From contig OZ241917.1 in assembly GCA_965203805.1 (NCBI GenBank), forward strand, positions 4,832,001-4,896,000: a DNA stretch of 64,000 nucleotides, read 5' to 3'. Under the pieces are notes generated by a model that saw nothing but the letters and a program-made list of their open reading frames with translations, was not told the DNA's origin and ran no database searches. Position numbers and translations under genes: made by a program. This DNA comes from Candidatus Latescibacterota bacterium (GTDB lineage Bacteria > Latescibacterota > UBA2968 > GCA-2709665). Positions 1 to 7,930 of the stretch are shown here, piece after piece. How positions within the stretch are numbered: the stretch's first letter is position 1; every line of letters begins with the position of its first letter.

Positions 1-1
1 C

Positions 2-247
2 GAAATTCTCATTCAGGAAGCCATCGCGCGTCTGACGCGCCACCGCACCACGATTGTGATCGCGCACCGGTTATCGACCGTGCGAAATGCGGACAAGATT
101 CTCGTCTGCGACGGCGGTCGAATTGTCGAGTCCGGCACCCACGAGAAGCTGATGGTTCAGGATGGCCTTTACACGCGCATGGTGCGGACCCAGGAGATTT
201 CCCGCGGCTGGCGGATTCCCCAGGCCAGGGAAAACGCGGCCGACTGA
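2..247 (+). CDS. ABC transporter ATP-binding/permease protein, C-terminal fragment (truncated by window start)
   Basis: Frame from nt 2 reads [35 protein letters not shown]...GTHEKL, the H-loop region of MsbA-type exporters. Confidence 0.85.
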   Translation, partial: EILIQEAIARLTRHRTTIVIAHRLSTVRNADKILVCDGGRIVESGTHEKLMVQDGLYTRMVRTQEISRGWRIPQARENAAD

Positions 248-365
248 CCACCTGTCCCGAATTCGCGTTACCGATCCGGTAGTCACTCGAAGTAACGGAA
301 AGAGATTGAGGGGGCGAACCGACGGATCGCCCCCTCTTCAGCCGCTGACGGCCTGGTGAAACCGC

Positions 366-1364
366 TCATTTCTCCCACACCGTCACGTCCGAGAATGCCG
401 TTCGCGCTCTGTCGCGAGCGACGCGCTGCCCGTACGTGACGGAAGCGCGGAATCCGGCCTGAAAAAGGGCCGCCGCCTTCGGTTCGAACCCTGCGTCGCA
501 ATAGGCCAGGTACCGGTCCGCTTCCGGAAGCGGCAATGCTTCCAGCAGTTCACAGGCGCGGTCCCAGAAACGCGGGTGGCAGTACACGTCTACCACGCAG
601 CTTGAAGGCCACAGACTGTCGAAGGACCACATCGCCAGACCCGCCACGGCCGTCGTCTCCCGTTGTCGAAGCACGATCACGCGCGGGGGCCTTCCGTCCG
701 CTTTTCGCGCTGCCGCATCGCGAATGAACGGAAGAAGCGGGCTTTCGGTGGATTGCCGTCCGAAAAGCCGCATGCCCGCACACCGCGTCACACCCGGAAA
801 ATCACCGGCAAAAAGGGCCGTCGACGCCGGCCAGTCCCGCCAGTCCAGCCCGGCCGCATCCGCCTGTCCTTTCGCGAAATAATCCCTCTCGAATTCTTCC
901 TTCGACGCCGTGTAGAATTCCATGTAGCCGCTTTGGGACTCCAGGCCTTCGAAGCCATGCGCCCGGTAGATGTGATAAGGGGGCGAGTCGAAGCCTGTCC
1001 CGAGGTAGAGCGCCTGCCCGCCTCGTCTTCTGAAATGATCCATTGTGATGCGCATCAGTTTCATCGCGGCCAGCTTCCGCCTGTCCTCCGGTCTCGTATA
1101 CACGTGTCCGAATATGCCTGCCCCCCGGGTTTCGACGGTGGTCATATTGGCAAACGGAATCCCGTTGCGATGCAGAACGTAGAAGTACGCCTCGACATCC
1201 AGGCGCTTCCGAAGCACCATCGTGTTTCCCCAGCGCCAGATCTCGCCCTTGTGCTCCAGCAACGCCTCGATCCGATCCGCCCAGTCCGGATCGGGTCCCT
1301 TCACAACGCCCGCATCCACGGATTCGCCGGATTTCAGTCTGATTGTATCAATGTGCTCGTACAT
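366..1364 (-). CDS. GNAT-family N-acetyltransferase-like protein
   Basis: HVYTRPEDRRKLAA (motif A-like) and YHIYRAHGF (motif B-like); 332 aa. Confidence 0.65.
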   Translation of the reverse strand: MYEHIDTIRLKSGESVDAGVVKGPDPDWADRIEALLEHKGEIWRWGNTMVLRKRLDVEAYFYVLHRNGIPFANMTTVETRGAGIFGHVYTRPEDRRKLAAMKLMRITMDHFRRRGGQALYLGTGFDSPPYHIYRAHGFEGLESQSGYMEFYTASKEEFERDYFAKGQADAAGLDWRDWPASTALFAGDFPGVTRCAGMRLFGRQSTESPLLPFIRDAAARKADGRPPRVIVLRQRETTAVAGLAMWSFDSLWPSSCVVDVYCHPRFWDRACELLEALPLPEADRYLAYCDAGFEPKAAALFQAGFRASVTYGQRVARDRARTAFSDVTVWEK

Positions 1365-1436
1365 CTCAATCCTCGTCTCCGGATCCGGACGCCGGAGTCC
1401 ATGCGGTCCGCCTGCCCGCGAATCGCGGAACCGGGA

Positions 1437-2951
1437 TTATCTCGCCCACTCCGGCAACCCTGTCAGCTCGATGCCCAGTGCCGGCCCGCCAAGTGCATAT
1501 ATGGCGCCCGCAATGATCGCGACCCCGGTCAGATTCAGGATCAACCCCATGCGGACCATATCCTTCATGCGAACACGGTCCGTGCCGAATACGATCGCAT
1601 TGGGCGGCGTAGCCACGGGCAGCATGAATGCGAAGGAGCAGGAAAGTGTGGCAGGGACCATCAACAGAAGGGGATTCACCTGTATCGCGACGCCCAGCCC
1701 CGCCAGAATGGGGAGAAACATCTCTGCCGTTGCGGTATTGGACGTCAACTCGGTCAGAAACGTAATCATCAGGCAAAGGACGGCCACCAGCAACATGGGA
1801 TGGACCGCGCTGAGCCCGGCCAGGCGATGCCCGAACCACATCGACAGACCCGAGTCCTTGAACCCCGTCGCCAGGGCGAAACCCCCACCGAAGAGCAGTA
1901 CGATATGCCATGGCAGCTTCGCCACCGTTTCCCGATCCAGGATCTTTTCCGCGGAAGCGCCGCGGGCGGGAACGAGAAAGAGCAGCAGCGCCATTCCCAT
2001 TGCGACCGTGCCGTCATTCAGAAACGCGCCGCCCGGAAACAGCCCCGACCACCCCGGGATTACCGTATCGCCGATCCGGATCTCGTTCCGGAAGAGCCAG
2101 AGGAGCGCCAGCAGCACGAAGTTCGCCAGAACGACCGCTTCCTCGTAAGAGAGCGGCCCCAGCGCTCTGTATTGATCCCGCAGAACACGCTGATCGAAAG
2201 TCTTCGCCTGCCTGCCGCCGGCGTGCAGATGACTCAACAGCAGCCACGCCAGAACAAGGAAGAACACGGAAACCGGAAATGCGAAGAGGAACCAGCCCGC
2301 GAACGAAATCTCCTGCGCACCAGGGAAGTGAATGTTCAGAATCCGGGCGAACGAGAGATTCGGCGGCGTACCCACCAGCGTTGCCACACCACCGATGGAT
2401 GCGCTGTACGCCACACCGAGAAACAGGCCGGTTGCAAATCGCCCCTGTTGCGTTCCCTCCTCCAGCTTCAACACCACCGCCAGGACGATCGGCACCATCA
2501 TCATCGTGGTTGCCGTATTGGAGATCCACATCGACAAAAAAGCCGTGGACACCATGAATCCCAGGAGAATCCGCCGCGGACGAACGCCGCACCACAGGAG
2601 CACGCGCAATGCGATCCGCCGATGCAGATTCCAGCGCTGCATGGCCAGCGCAACCATGAAACCGCCGATGAACAGCAGAATGACGTGGTTGAAATAGATA
2701 GGCGCGACCTTTTTGCCATCCATAATTCCGAACAGCGGGAACAACACGACCGGGAGCAGCGCGGTGGCCGCCAGCGGAACCGCTTCCGTCATCCACCATA
2801 CGGCCATCAGCAGGGCGACGGCCGCCGTCCTTGTCACGACCGGCCGGCCGGGATCCAGATCGAAGAACAGGAGAAGCCCGATTGCCAGAACCGGTCCCGC
2901 GATCAGCCCGATTTTCTGCATCCTCGTGCCGGAATGTCTCTGCAGATCCAT
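1437..2951 (-). CDS. SLC13/DASS family Na+/dicarboxylate or sulfate symporter
   Basis: WWMTEAVP, SMWISNTATT, GTPPN, TELTSNTATA and LPVATPPNA motifs; many TM helices; start placed at MDLQ. Confidence 0.92.
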   Translation of the reverse strand: MDLQRHSGTRMQKIGLIAGPVLAIGLLLFFDLDPGRPVVTRTAAVALLMAVWWMTEAVPLAATALLPVVLFPLFGIMDGKKVAPIYFNHVILLFIGGFMVALAMQRWNLHRRIALRVLLWCGVRPRRILLGFMVSTAFLSMWISNTATTMMMVPIVLAVVLKLEEGTQQGRFATGLFLGVAYSASIGGVATLVGTPPNLSFARILNIHFPGAQEISFAGWFLFAFPVSVFFLVLAWLLLSHLHAGGRQAKTFDQRVLRDQYRALGPLSYEEAVVLANFVLLALLWLFRNEIRIGDTVIPGWSGLFPGGAFLNDGTVAMGMALLLFLVPARGASAEKILDRETVAKLPWHIVLLFGGGFALATGFKDSGLSMWFGHRLAGLSAVHPMLLVAVLCLMITFLTELTSNTATAEMFLPILAGLGVAIQVNPLLLMVPATLSCSFAFMLPVATPPNAIVFGTDRVRMKDMVRMGLILNLTGVAIIAGAIYALGGPALGIELTGLPEWAR

Positions 2952-3031
2952 AGTCGCGCCCCCGATGGCCGGTGTTTCGCCAACGGCACAATATATGCAC
3001 GCGCCGCCACCGGAAAAGCGCAAAATGCCCA

Positions 3032-3060
3032 TTGACATCCCGCCTGCCTTGACCTACATT
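3032..3060 (+). promoter_or_regulatory. sigma70-like promoter for the Gfo pair
   Basis: TTGACA-17 nt-TACATT about 60 nt upstream of the ATG at 3122. Confidence 0.6.
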
Positions 3061-3121
3061 GCATCCCGCTCGATTTCTTATGATCGCGGCCAGTGGGGTT
3101 CAGCAAATACAGAGGCGGTGG

Positions 3122-4195
3122 ATGAAGAACGGGAAGTTCGGTTTCGGGATTATCGGCTGCGGAGTGATCGCCCCCACACATCGCCAGGCCATCGATGCCT
3201 GCGACGCGGCCGAACTCGTGGCGGTCTGCGATACCGACGAAAAGCAGGTCCGGTCGTTTCTCGCCGGCATGGACGGCGCTGCGGCGGGGATTCGCACGTA
3301 TTCAGACTATAGAGAACTGGTCCGGGACCGGAATGTGGACATCGTCAGCGTATGCACGCCCTCGGGGCTGCACTGGGAAGGCGTGACCGCAGCCGCGAGG
3401 GCCGGAAAGCACGTACTTTGCGAGAAGCCGCTCGAAATCGACGCCGGCCGCATGACCGACATGACGGCGGCCTGCCGCGAAGCCGGGGTGAAGCTCGGAT
3501 GCGTCTTCCAGAGCCGCACCAGTCCGGACATGATGAGGGCGCGCAAAGCCATTCAGGACGGCCTGCTGGGTCAGGTGATTCTGGCCGACGCCTATCTCAA
3601 GGACTACCGGTCTCACGCCTACTACCGGAGCGCGGGCTGGAGGGGCACCTGGTCGCTGGACGGCGGCGGCGCCCTCATGAACCAGGGCGTTCACGGCGTC
3701 GACCTTCTCCTCTGGCTTACGGGAAGCCCGGTTGAATCGGTATTCGCGCGGGCAGAGCATAAGGTGCGCGACATTGAAGTGGAAGACACGGCCGTGGCCA
3801 ATCTGAAATTCAGAAGCGGCGCGTTCGGCGCCCTCATCGGCACCACGTCGTGCAACCCCGGCGAAGCCCGCCGCATCGAGTTGCACGGAGACCGGGGCAC
3901 CATCACGGTAAGCGGCAGTTCGATTTCCCGCTGGGCGCACACCCGGGAAGAAGACGGCCGCGCCGAAGACACCGAACCGCCCAAAGCAATCGAAATCGAA
4001 GGCGCGGTGGCCGATCCCGGTGACATCGGCAGCGCCGGCCACGTCTACCTTGTGGAAGACCTTGTCCGGGCTATCCGGGAAGACCGCGACCCTTACGTTA
4101 CGGGCGAATCCGCCCGCGGCGCCATAGACCTCATCCTGGCGATCTACGAGTCCGCACGAACGGGCAGGGAAGTCGAAGTCCGGCACGAAGGCTGA
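3122..4195 (+). CDS. Gfo/Idh/MocA family oxidoreductase
   Basis: GIIGCG, CEKP, GGGALMNQGVHGVD. Confidence 0.93.
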   Translation: MKNGKFGFGIIGCGVIAPTHRQAIDACDAAELVAVCDTDEKQVRSFLAGMDGAAAGIRTYSDYRELVRDRNVDIVSVCTPSGLHWEGVTAAARAGKHVLCEKPLEIDAGRMTDMTAACREAGVKLGCVFQSRTSPDMMRARKAIQDGLLGQVILADAYLKDYRSHAYYRSAGWRGTWSLDGGGALMNQGVHGVDLLLWLTGSPVESVFARAEHKVRDIEVEDTAVANLKFRSGAFGALIGTTSCNPGEARRIELHGDRGTITVSGSSISRWAHTREEDGRAEDTEPPKAIEIEGAVADPGDIGSAGHVYLVEDLVRAIREDRDPYVTGESARGAIDLILAIYESARTGREVEVRHEG

Positions 4196-4254
4196 ACCGG
4201 GCGGTCCCTGCGCGGCATGCCGTGCACCAACCCCGAAAAGGAACGATTCCCAAT

Positions 4255-5313
4255 ATGGCCAGACAGACCAAACTCGGCTGGGGCATCATTGGCGCCGGAA
4301 TGATCGCGGGTCATTTCAGGTCGGCAATCGACGCGTGCCCCAACGCGGAACTCGTTGCGGTCTGCAACTATAATGAGGAGAAGGGAAGGAAATTCGCGTT
4401 CGAGTCCGGCGGCATCCGGTTTTACAGACACTATCAGGACCTGGTCGCGGACCCGAATGTGCACATCGCCGGGATCTGCACCCCGTCCGGCATGCACGCG
4501 GACAACGTGATTGCGGCCGCCGGCGCCGGCGTGCATTCCCTTTGTGAGAAACCGCTGGACGTCACGCGTGAGAAAATGGATCGGATGATCGGAGCCTGTC
4601 GCGATGCCGGCGTCAAACTCGGCTGTATTTTTCAGAGTCGAACCAGCGACGAAGCGATAAGGGTGCGAAACGCCGTCAGGAACGGAGATCTGGGCAAACT
4701 GGTGCTGGCCGACGCCCTGTTGAAGAATTACCGCTCACAAGAGTACTACGACAGCGCCGGATGGCGGGGAACCTGGAAACACGACGGCGGCGGCGCGCTG
4801 ATGAACCAGGGGGTCCACGGCGTGGATCTCTTGTTGTGGCTGATCGACGACGACGTGGAATCCGTCTTCGCCCGCGCCGAACACAAGGTGCGCGACATCG
4901 AGGTGGAAGATACCGCCGTTGCCACCATCAAATACAGGAGCGGCGCGTTCGGAACGCTCATCGGCACCACTTCCTGCAATCCCGGAGAGGCGACGCGGCT
5001 TGAAATTCACGGTGATTCCGGGACCATCACCATGAGTGGTACCGAAATCACGCGCTGGGCCACCACCACCGAGGAAGACGGACGCGCGGTTGACGCGTTT
5101 CCACCAAGGCAGATCGGCGCGGCCGGGAACGTGGGGACCGCCAGCGCCGTCGCGCCCGGCCACGGCTTTCTGGTAGACGACATCACCCGCGCCGTCCTGG
5201 AAGACCGGGAGCCCCATATCCCGGGGGAGTCGGCGCGGAAGTCGGTGGACCTGATCCTGGCCATCTACGAATCCGCACGGACCGGACAGGAGATTTTCAT
5301 GGACTCGTGGTAG
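4255..5313 (+). CDS. Gfo/Idh/MocA family oxidoreductase (tandem paralog of the upstream gene)
   Basis: GIIGAG, CEKP, GGGALMNQGVHGVD; long stretches identical to 3122-4195 (e.g. VESVFARAEHKVRDIEVEDTAVA). Confidence 0.93.
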   Translation: MARQTKLGWGIIGAGMIAGHFRSAIDACPNAELVAVCNYNEEKGRKFAFESGGIRFYRHYQDLVADPNVHIAGICTPSGMHADNVIAAAGAGVHSLCEKPLDVTREKMDRMIGACRDAGVKLGCIFQSRTSDEAIRVRNAVRNGDLGKLVLADALLKNYRSQEYYDSAGWRGTWKHDGGGALMNQGVHGVDLLLWLIDDDVESVFARAEHKVRDIEVEDTAVATIKYRSGAFGTLIGTTSCNPGEATRLEIHGDSGTITMSGTEITRWATTTEEDGRAVDAFPPRQIGAAGNVGTASAVAPGHGFLVDDITRAVLEDREPHIPGESARKSVDLILAIYESARTGQEIFMDSW

Positions 5314-5326
5314 GCGTCATGAACCA

Positions 5327-5468
5327 AGCGTCCTGTCCCAAAAATACCTCACCATTCTTCCGACGATACATCCCGTCTCGCTGCGTACCTCCCGCTCGCC
5401 GACCCTACCCATGTCGCCTGCTGGCGGACAAAACGCCTTTGGATCTAACCTACTGGGGGACAAGGGCT
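5327..5468. mobile_element. Possible degenerate MITE
   Basis: Imperfect terminal inverted repeats AGCGTCCTGTCCC (5327-5339) and GGGACAAGGGCT (5457-5468) around about 140 bp of non-coding DNA. Confidence 0.3.
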
Positions 5469-5527
5469 ATATCTCTTCCATCATCTTTCATTTTCTCTTC
5501 GTCCTTTTTCTTGCACGCCCAAGAAAA

Positions 5528-5760
5528 CGTCGTTGGCGCGCTTGGCGCCACTTGCGGTGGCAGGAACTGTGAGCAGAGCGTATCTTTGTCTTAGCGACCG
5601 GGAGTCGAGGCCGTGTTCTAATTGGTGGATGATACCCCGTAAGAAAACGTGGTCCAGGGATCTGTGCGGACTTGAGATTGGTGACACCCTTGGGTGATCC
5701 CGTTTAGGAAAGTGATGTGACCGCCATCCCCCCTCCCGGAAACCCATAAGGAGGAGGACA
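5528..5760 (+). ncRNA. Candidate bridge RNA in the IS110 left non-coding end
   Basis: Two parallel modules: CCCGT-AAGAAAA (5636-5647, matches target left arm + core) followed by GGTCC (complement of target right arm GGACC), and CCCGT-TTAGGAA (5699-5710, matches IS right end + core). Exact RNA ends unknown. Confidence 0.7.
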
Positions 5761-5762
5761 CC

Positions 5763-7133
5763 ATGGTTGGCAAAGGTACCCCCAGGAAGTCTCGGAAGCC
5801 AAAGGGTTTGTCCACGGTGCATACGCGTGCTGCCGGTGTTGACGTTGGATCCCGGTTTCACGTTGTTGCCGTGCCTGAGGATTTGTGTGCAGAACCCGTA
5901 CAAACGTATCAGAGTTTTACCGGCGACCTACACCGGTTAGGGGATTGGCTGGAGGCGGTTGGCATCACGACGGTGGCGATGGAATCGACCGGTATCTATT
6001 GGATTCCGCTATTTGAAATCCTCGAAGCCCGTGGCCTGGAAGTGTTATTGGTCAACGCAAGGGATGTGAAGCAGGTACCGGGTCGCAAAACCGACGTCAA
6101 CGATGCGCAGTGGCTCCAGCAGTTGCATCAATACGGGCTGTTGCGTGGTAGTTTTCGTCCAGCGCAAGAGGTGGCCACGTTGCGTGCGTATCTGCGTCAC
6201 CGTGAGGGATTGGTTTCCTATGCGGCCGCCCACATTCAACACATGCAGAAGGCGCTGATGCAGATGAACCTTCAGTTGCACCACGTGCTTTCTGACATTA
6301 CCGGTGTGACGGGTATGGCCATTATGCGGGCGATCGTGGCCGGCAACCACGACCCGCGCCAGTTGGCGAGTATGCGGGATAGACGCTGCAAAGCGCCGAT
6401 CGAAACCGTGGAAGCCGCCTTGACGGGACACTATCAGCCAGAGCACTTGTTTGCCCTGCGTCAGGCCATTGAGTTATATGATATCTACCAGGCCAAAATG
6501 GCCGAGTGTGACAAGGCCATTGAGGCTGCCTTGGCACGCCTGCATCCGGCCGAAGCGGTGTTGCCTGACAGTTCCACCCGGCCCAAGCCACGCCGTCGGA
6601 AGCCGAAGACCAACCAGCCTGGATTTGACATCCACACGGCCATGGTCACGCTGTTGGGCACGGATCTGACCCAGATCCACGGATTTGCACCCTATACGGT
6701 CTTGCGACTGGTCGGCGAGTGCGGCACCGATATGAGCCGGTGGCCCACAGCGAAGCATTTTACCTCGTGGCTCACGCTGTGTCCCGGCAGCAAGATCTCG
6801 GGGGGCAAGCTGCTTTGTTCCAGGACGCGGCGTTCGAACAATCGGGCAGCCACGGTCTTTCGCATGGCAGCGCTCAACGTCGGTAAGACCTCCACGGCCC
6901 TGGGCGCTTTCTATCGACGCTTGGCCGCACGCGCGGGCAGAGCCAAGGCCATCACCGCCACGGCACGTAAACTCGCCGTGTTGTTTTACAACACGTTACG
7001 TTATGGAATCGATTATTGCGATCCGGGCGTCGACGCTTACGAAACGCAACACCGCCAACGAATGCTCAACGGCCTGCGCCGACGCGCGAAAGCACTGGGG
7101 TACGACATCTCATTGGCTGCTTCCCCAACGTAG
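5763..7133 (+). CDS. IS110-family transposase/recombinase
   Basis: DEDD RuvC-like motifs GVDVG, AMEST, KTDVND; C-terminal Tnp domain with KISGGK serine; strong RBS AAGGAGGAGG. Confidence 0.96.
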   Translation: MVGKGTPRKSRKPKGLSTVHTRAAGVDVGSRFHVVAVPEDLCAEPVQTYQSFTGDLHRLGDWLEAVGITTVAMESTGIYWIPLFEILEARGLEVLLVNARDVKQVPGRKTDVNDAQWLQQLHQYGLLRGSFRPAQEVATLRAYLRHREGLVSYAAAHIQHMQKALMQMNLQLHHVLSDITGVTGMAIMRAIVAGNHDPRQLASMRDRRCKAPIETVEAALTGHYQPEHLFALRQAIELYDIYQAKMAECDKAIEAALARLHPAEAVLPDSSTRPKPRRRKPKTNQPGFDIHTAMVTLLGTDLTQIHGFAPYTVLRLVGECGTDMSRWPTAKHFTSWLTLCPGSKISGGKLLCSRTRRSNNRAATVFRMAALNVGKTSTALGAFYRRLAARAGRAKAITATARKLAVLFYNTLRYGIDYCDPGVDAYETQHRQRMLNGLRRRAKALGYDISLAASPT

Positions 7134-7471
7134 TTCCTTAGGAAAGGACCAAAAAGAACGGCGCCTGCCTGCCGAGCAGGCTTCGGCGCAGGCAGGCCGC
7201 TCGGCGCCTGTCTGCGTGCGTGAGACAGCACGCACAGGCAGGCGGGGCCGGTTTTTCCGTGAACTACCTCAGTGGCGCCAATGGAAATTGGATGCCCTTT
7301 CACCGAAACCGCCCATCCCGAACGATGTTGCTGGACGGAGTAGCACGGAAAAACCCCTCCCTTCACCACCTTGCGGAAAGAAGGTCGTCCGGGGAGTTCT
7401 TCCTGGCGGATTCACGTGGGTCCGCCGTTTGTCTTTTGTCCTTGATTTAAGCCGACAGCTTTCGTCTGATC

Positions 7472-7748
7472 GCTAACGGCTGTCGTCATCATACAGGTAC
7501 CAATCGGTCTACAACGGTACGTCCCGACCGGAGAACTACCAGAGCAGAGCGCGCTGATCCGTCAAGCTACGCGGTTTGATTTGCTACTGATGGTGACAGG
7601 CCAGAGTATCCCGTGCATACTGTGAGGGTGTTCGCGCTGTGCATATGGCAGGCCCCGCGCCCAGCGGCGACTTTTGGTTCCTTTTGGTCGCTTCAAAAGG
7701 AACCCGCCGGAGGCAGGGAATTTGGGGAGATGTGGATGTTGAATTTGA
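7472..7748 (+). repeat. 277-bp non-coding structured repeat B, copy 1
   Basis: Ungapped reverse-complement match to 20200-20476; pseudoknot/triplex motif at 7667-7703. Confidence 0.9.
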
Positions 7749-7930
7749 CCTTCGTCTTATAGTTCAGGCTGACGGTTGACAACTTAGGGTTGATTGCTGG
7801 TTTTCTCCGGCCGAATTCAGGCAGCTTATTGCCGGGACGGAACACCGCGTCACGCAGACACATCGAAAGGAACAGCCGGTTGCGACACCCGCAGCCGGCT
7901 GTTCCCTTCGTTCCCCGATGTCGCGCGTCT

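Larger units (their letters stand above)
5528..7144 (+). mobile_element. IS110-family insertion sequence (bridge recombinase), about 1.6 kb, 2-nt core AA
   Basis: Junctions CAAGAA-AA-CGTCG and CCTTAGG-AA-AGGACC. No TIRs, long non-coding left end, right end only about 9 bp after the stop. Lower GC than neighbouring genes. Confidence 0.85.
5501..7426 (-). repeat. Structured non-coding element A (pseudoknot/triplex motif plus GC hairpins), split by the IS110 insertion
   Basis: Removing the IS restores the 13-bp stem GTCCTTTTTCTTG/CAAGAAAAAGGAC followed by CAAAAAGAACGGCG. Further stems at 7163-7197, 7205-7244, 7250-7261/7344-7355 and 7405-7426. The span includes the inserted IS. Confidence 0.7.

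Noticed and set aside
663-3035. 790-aa + strand ORF and many other long antisense ORFs (e.g. 8979-10514, 44471-46312, 62200-63606)
   Set aside because: Shadow ORFs opposite well-supported genes in high-GC DNA, with no recognisable motifs.
5521-5650. Direct repeat AAGAAAACGT at 5521 and 5641 read as a target-site duplication or CRISPR repeat
   Set aside because: Only two 10-nt copies. They are better explained as the IS junction and the bridge-RNA target guide.
7110-7144. Junction promoter formed on IS110 circularisation
   Set aside because: No convincing -35/-10 pair with correct spacing across CCTTAGG-AA-CGTCG.
5523-7145. Alternative IS110 cores GAAA or AAA
   Set aside because: They leave 3 or 4 As opposite 5 Ts in the target stem and break the symmetry of the two guide modules. 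AA is preferred, but the alternatives are not formally excluded.
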